From contig CM082578.2 of the NCBI GenBank assembly GCA_040954595.2, positions 14,864,998-14,928,997 on the forward strand: a stretch of 64,000 nucleotides of DNA. The letters are read 5' to 3'. The translations under genes and the position numbers were made by a program. Positions within the stretch are counted from its first letter, which is position 1, and the number at the start of each line of letters is the position of its first letter. Below the pieces are notes generated by a model. The model searched no databases and had not been told where the DNA came from. It saw only the letters and a program-made list of their open reading frames with translations. This document shows positions 42,053-55,700 of this stretch, piece after piece. The DNA is from Balanoglossus misakiensis (taxonomy: Eukaryota; Animalia; Hemichordata).

Positions 42053-42179
42053 ACCCCCAACTAGACTGAAAGATACAGTCGTGTGCGGGCGCTCCAGCAA
42101 TGCCTAGTCCCTGGAAAGGGTCTTTGGCAGCTGGTCGGAGTGCTCACACAGGACTGAATCTTTCAGTGTAACCCCAAAC
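42053..42179. mobile_element. About 109-bp foldback MITE (42062-42170) with near-perfect 9-bp TSD
   Basis: 34-bp imperfect TIRs (tagactgaaagatacagtc... / ...gactgaatctttcagtgta); flanks acccccaac and accccaaac match at 8 of 9 positions. Confidence 0.6.
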
Positions 42180-42424
42180 AAAATAAGAAAATTATGTTCC
42201 CAAAGATTCAATGGCAATGACAGCTGCACATGTGTGGAAAAAAAGATTTCCAGTTTGAAGGCTTCATAAAGTAAGCATTAACACCATTTGGAGTTTATGT
42301 TGAACATATCTAGCCGACAGACAGTATCTACTTGACCAAAGCAGTTGACAGACAACATTAGTTAACGGTTGACAACAATTGCCAATTGAATGCAGTGATT
42401 GGCAGAACACTTTGTGTGATGTGA

Positions 42425-43340
42425 CAGTTGACGAACAGTTGATGGCTAGTGGCCAGTTGACGGTTAGTAGCCAGTTCACAAACAGATGATAGGCTATCGG
42501 TCAGTTGATGAACAGTTGAAGACTAGTGTCCAGTTGACGGTTAGTGGCCAGTTGACGGTTAGTAGCCAGTTCACAAACAGATGATAGGCTATCGGTCAGT
42601 TGACGAACAGTTGAAGGCTAGTGTCCAGTTGACGGTTAGTGGCCTGTTCACAAACAGATGATAGGCTATCGGTCAGTTGATGAACAGTTGAAGACTAGTG
42701 TCCAGTTGACGGTTAGTGGCCAGTTCACAAACAGATGATAGGCTATCGGTCAGTTGACGAACAGTTGAAGGCTAGTGTCCAGTTGACGGTTAGTGGCCAG
42801 TTCACAAACAGATGATAGGCTATCGGTCAGTTGACGAACAGTTGAAGGCTAGTGTCCAGTTGACGGTTAGTGGCCAGTTCACAAACAGATGATAGGCTAT
42901 CGGTCAGTTGATGAACAGTTGAAGACTAGTGTCCAGTTGACGGTTAGTAGCCAGTTCACAAACAGATGATAGGCTATTGGCCAGTTGACGAACAGTTGAA
43001 GGCTAGTGTCCAGTTGACGGTTAGTGGCCAGTTCACAAACAGATGATAGGCTATTGGCCAGTTGACGAACAGTTGAAGGCTAGTGTCCAGTTGACGGTTA
43101 GTGGCCAGTTCACAAACAGATGATAGGCTATTGGCCAGTTGACGAACAGTTGAAGGCTAGTGTCCAGTTGACGGTTAGTGGCCAGTTGACGGTTAGTGGC
43201 CAGTTGACGGTTAGTAGCCAGTTCACAAACAGATGATAGGCTATTGGCCAGTTGACGAACAGTTGAAGGCTAGTGTCCAGTTGACGGTTAATGGACAGTT
43301 GACGAAGTTGATGGCAATGGGCCAGTTGACGAACAGTTGA
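42425..43340. repeat. Minisatellite with a 77-bp higher-order unit, about 11 copies
   Basis: The marker (c)agttcacaaacagatgatagg recurs at about 42472, 42567, 42644, 42721, 42798, 42875, 42952, 43029, 43106 and 43219. Spacing is 77, with two exceptions of 77+18 and 77+36. Confidence 0.95.
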
Positions 43341-46300
43341 TATCTATATAGTGGCCATGAACTGCATCCTGTTGTTATTGTTATTTTCTCTGTTGTCATA
43401 GCCACTGCCTTATACTGCTGGTAGATGACTAGTCATTGCACTCAGGGCATGGTTCTGCAGAATCTCTGTGGTCAGAGTGGCCAAGCATTGTAGTTGCTGA
43501 GTTCAGCTGCAGTTGCAGTTGGTTCCTTTATGCTGTTGTTGACTGGCTGTTTAAAGAGTATGATGTCCACCGCGACTGCATTTGTTGATTGCTGTTCATC
43601 TATTGTGGCCAAGTTCAACTGACTGTTGACAGCAAGAGGATTGCAATTTGATGGAACAAACAGTAGCATAAACTTGTACATTCATTCTTTTTCACACCAA
43701 TGTTTGAACAATTGCCACCTAGGCTTAAATAGTACGTTTAAACACCTTAACTTGAACTCTCTTTTACCCACAACATGTACAAGTGTCATTGCCATAAAAG
43801 TTTTTTAAGTGATCTCTGATATTACAGGTCAAAACTTCATCCATAACCACATGGTTCACTTATTGTTTGGGTTGCTATCATGTAGACATTTGTATACAAA
43901 AATCACAGCTGCATTTATCCAGTCACAAAAATAAAGAGTGACATAAAATTCATGTTACATGAAATATTTTATAACGTCAGTCATTATCAGATGCAATGAC
44001 CCGAATACAAAATCATCACTGGTTTGGTTTGATAAGGAACGTCCAGGGAATTTGACAGTTCATTGAGGCTTTGCACACTAGTTTCCCAATCTATGGTCCA
44101 CTATAAACTAACTCCATCTGCTCCACTTTCATCCATGTTGCATAATGGAACTTGAACGTAAACACCTTGGCATTTGAGAAGCTGAATCCAAGACTTCAAT
44201 TCATTCACAACTTATTTCAATTGTGATTTATACAAATCAATACCTGTAGTAATGTAACTCTTTGCTGAATACTATCAGAAGTATAAAATGATTTTTTGCC
44301 AGGTTCATGTTAAATAAAACACCTAAATACTATGGAACTATTAGCCCTGGTGGTTGGAAATCACTTTGGATGGCTGGTCATCCATGTGAATCATACTATA
44401 GTACACTGTCATCATCAAAACTACAAACTTGACATACTTAAGGTGACCAAATGTTAACTTTAAAAATTACACTAACTTACTTAAAAAACAAACTAATAAT
44501 TCTAAACTATTTTATGAATACATATAAAGAAGTTATGTTAAGTCCAGTGGCTGGCAAAGGTGCTGGGAATAACCAGTCACATACTGTAATAACAATGTGT
44601 TTTAGCAACTTGAATATAATTGTATGTTTAAACAAATGTATATGACATCAACAGGGCATGTCTCTAAACTACCTACAGCAATGAAACCACCTCTGTACTG
44701 CCCCAAAAAGGGTGTACAGAATTGGTATAATACTTGCTAGTCTTTGGGTAAATATTCAAACTAAAGTAAAAAAGGAGTGTACATATAGGTATCTGGTATC
44801 TTATTTTTGGGCTGATCACTATTTCTGTATCAAAGGAAAACCGCTAATAATCCAAAGGTGAATAACCATTCATATTCACATACTTATGATTTTCAGAGTT
44901 TTATATTCAAAAAGTGTTGAAGAATTGCTATTCTTAATTCGCAAAACTGCACTTCAGTGTAAAATAGTAAAACTTCAAATCGAAAGTATAACATGCTAAA
45001 TACTTTTTTTTAACAGTGACAATATCAAAAATGATTGATAGTTCAAGAGTTTCCATATTTTTTCTAGTAATAATAATTTCTTGAACATACCCCGGACTTG
45101 AATTTGTTCCCTTACTTGCATCTTTTGTCAAAATGAAATCAAACTTAACCTTAACTTAACCTTAAATGAGTATTACTTCCATTTACTATGATACTATCAA
45201 TAACATATGTGCTATATGTGGCACATTGAATGGCAATAATTATACAAAAGATTAATGATGTTTTAGGTCAATGCTGGGAATGTTACTGCTATGTAAATGT
45301 TGCCATTGGCCATCAGCTGTACAATATCATTACATGGTGTAAACTATATATGATGTGCAATACAGCTATCAGCTGTGAGATACCACTGGCTAAGAGCTGT
45401 GCAATGTCATTGCTATTAGCTATGCAATGACATTGAACATTTCTGACGAAAATATATTACAGGTAGGGGAACAAGGAATTTCATTTGCTATCACATCAAA
45501 CATTATCAAACATTGCCAGAAGTGACAGATGGTGGCACTAACACAGCATCTTGGTATTTCAATCAATACTTCATCATGTAATTTGTTCATGTAAACATTA
45601 CTGTGGATATACCTTGCAATTACTGCCATGCTTAGTGCTTTCGTCATGTGATATATGTGAGAGACCATTTTCAGATGGGTATAGCAATTATGCTTTTCAC
45701 TAGCTTTCATTCACACCATGCATTTGAAACTATTGTGTCTCAGTTGCACATGCAATGTCCGTGGGTGTGTGGTGACCACATTAAATTGCATAACAACATG
45801 ACACAGTTGAGCAGATTGAAATCAGTGATCTTCAGTCATTTCATTGCCCTTGTTAGCAAAATTTGATTTGATTTGTTTTGATTAAAAAAGAAACTGGGGC
45901 AAGTTTGATTATTGACCAGCTGGCAATATAAAATGAAGCGCTTTATATGGTGTAAGTGACGACATTGTCATTGCACCACTTAAGAGTACATGCTGGTACT
46001 TTTTTAGAGAAAATATTAATCTCTAAAACATGCCAACTTTGAACAAACTATAAGATTGTAGCTTCCATGAAAAAATGGTTATAAACGATATGTTGGATGA
46101 TACGTTATGATATTCGAAAGGCGTCTGCTACACCATTTGGAAAAATGACAAAAAAAAATAAAATAAAAAACGACAAAAAAATCCACCAAAAGTACATTGT
46201 ACATTTACAATGCAGTTTTGTCACAATTTGAACACGTGCTAATCCGTAGGGAGCTAAAATGATATGCACAATATGAAATAAGACAAACTTTTGAATATGA

Positions 46301-46792
46301 ATGAGGGCACAAATATAAAAAACGCAGATTTTATCATAACATGAACACACTAAGGATTTGTATGAAAATTTTACAGCTATAAGCCAAACAACTTGTGTGA
46401 TCAAGTCTTCACCAACTTAAAAAAATCTGTTGGCAAAAAGATACTGAGGTCTGTTCTAGTGGTGATTTTGAAAGAAATTCCTTGGTTAATTAAAATGGAT
46501 TCACTAAAATTTGGCAATTGTTTACAAATATTTGCTAGATCTACTAGTACATATATGGCTAAATAATGTCTCTGTCCATAGTATATTTTGGGGTATAGGC
46601 GTGTGGTTCCAAACAATAAAATAATACTTTGACAAGATGTTCGAGATTTCCTTAGTAAAGCAATTATGTTTGGTTGGGAGTTTGGGTAATTCAAATTGGC
46701 TTTCTTATCCAATCATTCCATGATTTTGATACAAGATCATAACCATGGAACATGTCTTCCAATGAAATTCATCTGTCAGCATTTTCCCAAAC

Positions 46793-49700
46793 TTACCTGT
46801 CTAGAAGTGTCTCAATGATATTCTTAGTATGCTGTAGTATCTGTGTTGCTGTCTCTGCATCATAGACGTCATTTGGTATAGTTGCCCCAGCATGCATATC
46901 AGGATAGCGTGGACGCAAGTGGTCACATCTGAGATTGACGAGCACTCTTACATCATCCATTATATCTAAACCTGATTCACCCATACACAGAGTGGAAGCA
47001 AGAGAGGATATACAATGACTCTGCCTTAATGACAAGTTGCCTCCTTTGACATAAAGACCAGCTTTCAAAGCTTTCTCCACAGCTTGCTGACATTTGAAGC
47101 AGACCCATTCAAATGATTTGCCGCCTTCTCCACTTCTGAGATCCTTCAAAGCTGCTTCAAAATCTGCCTTTGCCTGACGAAACCACCTTCTACCTTCGGA
47201 AACGTCAGGCTGCATTTCACTAAATGGGAATGACGAATATCTGTCATGTGTGTAACCAGTTCCACTGTAGGCGGAGTGTGATGAATCAGTGCTGTGATCA
47301 TTTCTTCTTTCCTGCCACGATCGATATCTGTCTCTGTGGGCCCTGGCTTCAAAGTTCCACTCATTGTAGTGTGAGGAATACCGATATGTTGATCCTCCAT
47401 AAGAACCACTGCCTCCACTCGATCCCATTCGTCCAGATGTCCTACCTTCTAATCTCTCCAGTTCATTCTTGATATATTTAAACACCTCTGTTGCAAATTC
47501 TTCATTTCCAGGATTCTTGTCAGGATGCCACTGCAAATACAACCTTTTTATGGCCCATCTATGCTGATCATCGGTCAAGGTGTTGTCAGAGAAAAGCCTC
47601 TCCAAAAATTCTGAAATTTCCCTGAACGTTTCTTCTAAACTTTGAGGTACATTCCTTGCATCAGTTTCTGTAAGTGGACCATCATATTCCGTAATGAGAT
47701 TCTGTGCTTGCCTTGAAAGTTTGTAAAGATGCAAACTTGTCACAACTATTGGGTCTATTTTACCAATATAAATTTCATACATGTGTTTGAGGTTGTATTT
47801 ACGGTCACCCTTTAGTGTGTCTGGGGATTTTATCTCTCTCATCACCTCAGCATAGATATAGGTTGGACTACTTGAACTGGGATCAAGAACATACCCAACA
47901 TATTCCTTCCTGCGGAAGAAATGATTGGGATTTTGGATCAGTAGGAGCATTCTTTCTTCAGGAATTTTAGAGCCAACTTGAAGAGACGCATCTGTGTCTT
48001 CTACATTTGAGCAACCTTGCGATGCTAGATAGGCAGCAATTTTCTCTGGTATGTTACACCGCAACAGCTTTTGTATTTTGCCAAATATTTTGTTCGCTTC
48101 CCCTTGAAGTAAGCAACAGATGATTTCTGCAAAATCTATGAGTACATCGGCTTCAGTTTTGCAGGACTCATGGTCTAGATAAATGCAGTCCTGTTGTCCC
48201 TCCTGAGACAAGTACACAGGTACTCCCTTCACACTTTTTGCTATTGGCAAATGGTTGTCCAGTCTCACCAACTGCAAATTTACAGCATTCACACATCTGA
48301 TTTGCAAATTCCGTAAATTGTGGAGACGATGTTGCAGTTTATCAGTTATGTTTATTTCCTTCTTGGATAATAACAGGCGAATTCCATCACAAAACTCATT
48401 AGAAGTTACCAATGTCTGGTAGTCATCTTCAAAAGAACACTGGGGATGATGTGTGCATGGCTGGATCTCAATTAGATTTTCTTTAACCATACTACTCAGG
48501 TAGACTGGTCTTTTCTCTTGTGGCAAGCATTCAAGGAATGATTTTAGATTTGCCAGTTGTGGATGATCTGCAAGAAAATTGCAACCTAACCCAGCCACTA
48601 GCCTTTTATCACGTTCGAGATCATTAAATACCAAATCTGTGGATGTACATAGCTGAAGCTTGTCACTGAGAAGGTATATGGTATGTTCACTGAGATTTGG
48701 AATAAGTCTTCCTTCAGATGCTTCATTCAGTAGCAAGAACAATCTAACAATTGCAAATCTTGCTTTCTTTACGTCATTTTCGTGCAAGTCTGTTGCCATG
48801 CCATTGTTAACAGCATGAATATCTTTCAGTACATTTATATACTGCATAGCATTAGGCATATCCTGGGTGCCAAGTAATTCAAACAGAGGTTTAAACTGAA
48901 AGAGGTCATATGGCATGTCACATAAGTATGGTATCAGTTCTCCATCAAGTTTTCCTGGGAATACAACTTGACCTGCTCGAACCATGAGTCTTCCCTCATC
49001 GACTAACACAAATGGTATGTGGGAAAGGGAATTTACAACATGTTGGCAATGTGCACACATCTCTGTTCTGTTGCTTCCATTACACATATTGGTACTTGCG
49101 TCTGGTTGACTACCTTGGCAATTTTTCATCAGGAAATTATAAACTGCCTTCATGACATCGAACATCAACATATTTGACTCTCGACTTCTAGGCCCAGTTG
49201 GTTCTTCTACCTCATCATCATTTCTCTGTGCTGCACTCATTCCAATGCACTTTCCATGATCTATCACAACTTTTAGTGGTGGCACCATCTGTATAGCAAG
49301 TCCCTTGCATATTCTCCCCAAAATGGCTTTAACATAAATGCATTCAAGAGGATCAGCCCACGATGGCAGTATTGGTGCTTGTGTCCATACCAGCTTGGTA
49401 TATTTCAGTGGAACTGCCTTCGAAAAACAGGTAAAACTGTTTTTCACTGATGGATGGAGTATTGTAAGTTTGTCTTCTGGTTGATATGATGGTATGAAGT
49501 TTACTTCTGCAATTCTCTTGAGGAATGCTGCATTTTGAAAATACCGGTAGGCAGAATCAGTGTCATCTGGATTATTTTCAAGATATTGAAATTTCTCAAA
49601 AAAGAGATTTATCAACAGCCAAGCTCTCTTCTCTGCACAAGAAGGGTCTTCTATTCCAATTCTCTCAGCAAAGTCAAGGAAATCCCTTTCACTGACGCTT

Positions 49701-52700
49701 TGCTGGAGACCAATCTTTCTGAGAAACTCCAACCATTCAGCACTATTGAAAGGATGTGGTGGAAAGCATTCTTGAACCAGCATTTCCTTAAAGATCTCAT
49801 TGGCAGGATCATAGAAGTGGTTGGCTCTGCAAAGGTTTTGGCTGCCTTCTTGGTCAGGGATAAAGGGGAGTTGAATTAGAGCAATAAACAGTTGCTTAGT
49901 AAGCTCAACGTTGTCTCTCAAGTACTCCAGATGGTGCATTTTTGCCTCGCTGCTAAATTGATCAAAATATGGTAAAATGTATTTGAGATATACATCAACA
50001 ACCTCAATCTGGCCAACACCAAGTGCCCTGTGAATCTCTCCAACTGAATGGTCTTGCGCCAAAAGTGTACACCTGTCTTTTCCCATCCACACATCAGCTT
50101 CAATGCATGGTATAATTTCACTCAAAACATGACAATTGCAATGTTGGTGGATACTTAATAGTGATCCAAATATGGTAGTGAATATTGGTAGTGATTTCAG
50201 CTTGTACTTGACAGTCAGATCTCTACAAGCATTTCCAACATCTTCTTGGAAATATTTCAGAAGAGTCGTACAATCACCACTAGTTAACTGTCCACCCCAT
50301 GCATTTGTCTGTAGAAAATGGAACAGCACCTCTATGATATCTTCTCTTCTGGCAATGCCCGCAATGTAATTCTGTAGTATTATTCGAATGTCTTCATTTG
50401 ACCTGTACTGCACAGCATCATAGCAAACCATGGGGCATCCTAGTTTCTTAAGGATATCATAAGTTTCGCAAACTGAGGAAGTAGACCAGTAGGGGTCATG
50501 CGGGTCAAGTACAGTCTTCCTCAGTGATCCTGGAACTAAGTATTTGTTAGATGTTGGAATTAATGGCCAATCGTTAAGTTTGAGCAATTGTGTTCCTTTC
50601 TGCCTGTTTCCACCACTTAATGTGTACCGGTACACTAGAAACTCCCACAAAGTTTTCATCCAGGCTTCAGATGGCTGAATTTCAGTTTCAGGACACCATT
50701 TTACATACTGCTCTGAGTTTCTCCATGTTGAGGGTAGCACCTTATCGATATTTGAGGCCAAGTCATCAACATCAAAGCATTTTGTGGCACTGCACAGGTC
50801 TTTGGTAGTCAGCCAATCCAACTCTTTCACGATGTGTTGAGAAACAAATTTGTTTTCCAACTGAGGTATCAGAGATGCATATTTAGACACAAAAACTGGC
50901 TCATCGTTGTTAAATAATCTGACTTTGTTATCCATTGTAACACAAAGTGGGGTTTGGTGGATGTATGACTTCAGGTCTTTTCTATCTGAGTCACTGAGTT
51001 TTGTAGTGTTTACTAGGATTCTAAATGGTTCCAAACAATAGTGCAGAATGACTTTGAGATGTGCCACATCATGGAACGGTGTCTCAACTATGTTGCAAGG
51101 CAGCCTGCCCACAGCAGGCTTGGCAGGTGCTTGTCCTTTTAGAAACGTTATAACAGATGCAGGAGACACCGTAACAGTTGGTATCTCCGATTCCTTAAAA
51201 CCTTCATGGACTGTGCTTGGAAGAGTTGTTAATGGTAGTCCAATCTCCCTCAAGATGTAATGAAGTAGCCCTGGTATGGCTCTACCATCCTCTGAAACTG
51301 GTTCATTGAAATATACCTCTGGTAAAGAATACCAACGCAATGAAGATGTTGCCTGGCAATAGGCGTTACTTTCACTAAGACAAGCACACCGGGGAAGATC
51401 ATGTCTCAGACAATGATTATCACCATGACCTGCGATTGGAACACTTACAGGAAAAAGGCTCTCATTTGATGAACCAACTAACTTGTACATCTCTACAGCA
51501 ACATCTTTCCAGTCAGTTGTAACAATTTTAGGCACAGGGAACATGGAATTATAGATACGAATTCCAAGGCTGACATTTTCCTGGGAATGTATGCGAGCCT
51601 TGAGGCATCTCAGTGTAGCCACAAATGCAGGAGCAATGACATGCTTCTTGATCAAATCATTCCATGTTTTCTTACTGCCCTCTGTCCATAGGTTCCTCCT
51701 ATACGATCCAATGGCAAAGTGGCCATTAATGATGAAGGGAAGACCTGTTTTGATGGGTAATGGCAGAAAACAAAATGCTTGTGTATCCAGAAGTGAAATT
51801 TGCGCTTTTGTTAGATTGCTTTCAATCATTACTGCCAATCCACCCTGTGGCAGGATTAGTTTAAACATCTCATCCAAACTAAAGTGAAGTAGTTCACTAC
51901 TGTCTAGATTTGAGAATCCTGCCTTCTGTGTGACCAACCACTTCGACTGACGCCCAGTAGAGGTTTTGAGATTCAAGTAGTATGTTGCAGAGACTTCAGG
52001 CATTGTCATTACACATTCAGGATTCTTCTTGCATTCACTTGCATATGATCTGACAGTCTGACAAAATTCCTTGTGTTGTGGAATTCCTTCTGGCTCTACT
52101 TCAGCACAAACTGAAAACATTTCTTGTAGTTTACCATCTTCAGTGATATTAGACACACTTATTTTCTGCAGATGGTTCAAGAAAAGAGGCATCAAGTACA
52201 TCTCACGTTGGAAGTCACTTAGAAGTCTCACCATTTCAATATCTGTACATGGTTTAGCTGAAATTCTTGACTTTGCACATGCACTCCTATCTCTCAAAGG
52301 CAGACGAAACACTGTTGATTGCTCCAGTTGGAAGTATTCACCTAGGTATGGAGACAAAACATTGGGGAAGTCACTTTGCAGTTGTGGGACTTCAATTCTT
52401 CTTCCTGGGGATTTCCTGGTTGCACCAGGAGCATATTCTGCATGTGGGTCAAGAATGATCAGATCTTCATTGTTTGTGATAAAGGATGGACAGTCTGTCA
52501 GATGGTAGACAGCATTAAACCCTATTCCATACTGCCCAATTGCTTCACCAACATCCCGTTTGCCACCAACACCTAGTTTTCTGATGCCATCCACATCCTT
52601 TTTAGTAAAGGGTCTGTCATTGTAAACACAAAGAGCTGGGCCTTGTAGGTTTTCCCATGTGTCACTGAACAGCCTTTCCTTTGTATGATCTCTCATGTCA

Positions 52701-55700
52701 TAAACAAAGTTTATTTCAGTGGCTCCAGCATCATCAGCATTCTGGACCAGTTCCTTTAGTATGGTACTTCCAAACGGATAATCAGAAAGTATATTCTTGA
52801 GTCTGTCAGTCAAGTCTTCATTCGCGCCAAATTCTTCCCCAATGAAGAACTCTTCAGATGATGAATAGTCATCAAGTTTTTTTGATCTCACAGCCTTCAC
52901 ACCAAGCTTCATAACCAGAGCACGGCTTAGAGATGGGTGAACAAATGTATATTTAACATCATCAGTCTTCATCCATGGAGCATCATTATATGCCAGATGT
53001 TCAGGTGCTTTAAGAATACAAGATTCATCTGGTATGTAAATATTCTTCAACACTTCTTCTGGTATTTCTTCTTGCTTTTCAAACTGCTCTAGCAAACGTT
53101 TCACTATTCTCAGCAGATGTTCAGTTAAGGGTTCTCCATGCATGTCTTCTTCTACTTGACTTAATGCTCTGGCAAAATCTTGTAATGCAAACCGTTTCTT
53201 GACATCACAAGCTTGCAGGAGCGGTGATAAAGTGGTCAAGTACTCTGGTATGTGATATAGGTAAGGTGGACAGCTTACCTGCCGATCGATTGATAGCACA
53301 TTGGGAAATATAAAAGTCCCTTCCACCAAGAACAAAGGTCTGTTACTCTCTTTTAACATGCGCAGGGAGTCAACATCCTTTATCTTGATCTTTTCTTCAA
53401 TGTTATCGCCACATGAGACTCTTTTAACATTTACCAATTTATCTTGCAAGTGTCTGTATATAGATTTGCATGTGCTCTGCCTTGGATCAGACCAGTTCAT
53501 AGATGGATAGGTGGTTGTAATGGATTTGGGTGAGAGAGAATGGCTTGTGGGTTCTTCTGCATCAGGCCTGATTGAAACTTTCCCACTATCAATTATGTTG
53601 AAGAGTTGTTGGATCACTGTTTGTGCATCAGGATCACTCTTGAACTTCAGCAATTTCACCACATTATATGGAACACGACCAGATCCACCTCTCTTAGGAT
53701 CACTGTCATTTAATTTCACCACATTATATGGAACACGACCAGATCCACTTCTCTTAGGATCACTGTCATTTAAAATTGGAGCTAAGGTGCTGATAAGATG
53801 CTGGTCACCTATACGATAAAGTTCTGATGGTGATCGCAGATCATCTTGATTTTCATACCAAGGCAAAGGATGGTATTTTGGTTTCTGAAGGACGGGGAGA
53901 AACTTGATGTTGCAAAGATCCAGAAGTTCACTATCTTGATACTTTTCCCCTTTACTGTCAAGATAGCCAATCAGAAGAGAGACACGTTTAAGTGCCTTCT
54001 CCTTGTCTTGTTCATACAGATTTTTGATGGAATTTGCACGTTCAATAACATCCTCTGTGAGCAGCTTTTCTCTGGCCATTCCAAGTTGTTTTAACTTGAG
54101 CAAACACTCTTCTTTTCGATAGTCTTCACCAAAGGGGAACTTTCCATCACCTTCATCAAATAAGCATGCCAATGCTTTAGAGTCAGGATCAATCAGCTGT
54201 GATGGTACTGACAGTCTAGTTCCATTTGGTGATGTTGGTATACATGCACATTGCTTCATCAAACTTTCTAGGTAATTTCTGAACTTCCATTTGTCATTTA
54301 GCAGTATGTCAAGTACAAAGCCATTTCGAATGTCTTTTGGAAGGCTTTGTAAGTTCGGGAAAAGATATTCCTCGTGGAACATTCGTTCAGAGATTTTCAT
54401 TGACTCAATGGCTTCGGCCAGTTCAAGAGTATCAAAGGACTGGAGTATTTTACATCCTATGTTGACTGTCCTTGAACATGACTCAGGCTCTTCTGACAAT
54501 CTTTGATTCACAATTTTGAGGGCTTCTTGTGCAAGATCTTTGTTTCCTTGCTCAACAATTCTTGAAGAAGTAAGAGATAGGTTGTAATCTCCATTCATGT
54601 ATGGCTCCTGTAGAAGAACTTTAGGAAGTTCATGCTGGTCGATTTTGCCAACAACTCGATTGTAGAAACCCCTTGCAACTTCCTGGAAGGAACTTAGATT
54701 GCCTGGATAAGTGATAGGCCACAGAAGATAACTTTGATCCGGGTTCGAGATCTTGCCACTCTGAAGTAAGCCTTCAAGCAAGATCACATATGCCTTGCTA
54801 ATAGTATCACTCATAAGAATTCTGTTCCATTGGACTTCAATTGGTTCTCCAAGATCTGAATCTACGTGTTTGCGGATGTCACGTCGGTGAGACTCCACAA
54901 TAAAACCACCATTGACATGAACAGGCAAGTTGGTTTTGATATGCAGAGGGAGATAGCAGAATGCCTCTCCTTCTACCTCCTGTAAGAGGTATTTGCCGTC
55001 ATCCTCAGCTTGAGTTAACTTAACAGCAACACTCCCACATGGCATCAGCCCAAGTTTATTTCCTTCAGGTTTGGTTGATATGTACATGGCATCACCATCA
55101 GAAATGCATGAACATATTGCCCAAACTTGGTCAGACTGATACTTAACTTGACCTCCATCAGCATAAGTGCAGGATACTTGAGCTGTGTATGAACTTGGAA
55201 GTGGTACTTGATAGTTCTCCTGTTCTTTTACAGCCTTGAGATACTTTGTTCCATTTTTGAGGATTTGTCTAGCTTGTTCCTTATTGAAGGACAAGTCCTT
55301 TGCTGGATGTAGTGGTTGAACTTCGTCTACCTGTATAGACATGCGCAACTCTGAATCAGCAGCATTTCCATTACTGTTTTTGATTTCATACACTTCCACT
55401 TTCTTGATGTTTTGGGTGAAGAGAAGTAACGTCTCTGCATGTTGCTGAAGACTCTCAAGAAGAACCTCCATTTTGCGTCTGTCATACGCAGTCATACATA
55501 TTGGACTGTTTTCTGCGTCTGATTGGGAACGCAGGGGGAATCTGAACAATGTGGCATCAAAATTGCTGTTGTTTTCAAGGTCACATCCAAAAATGCCATC
55601 ATACACCTTGAATTGATCTGCATACATCCTAAGGACCTTGCGATTCTTCTCAAGGTCAAGTTTAATACCTGGCTGCGACTTGTTCTTTATAAGATTGGGG

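Noticed and set aside
42425-43340. Possible CRISPR-like array
   Set aside because: No unique spacers, eukaryotic context and no cas genes; it is a plain tandem repeat.
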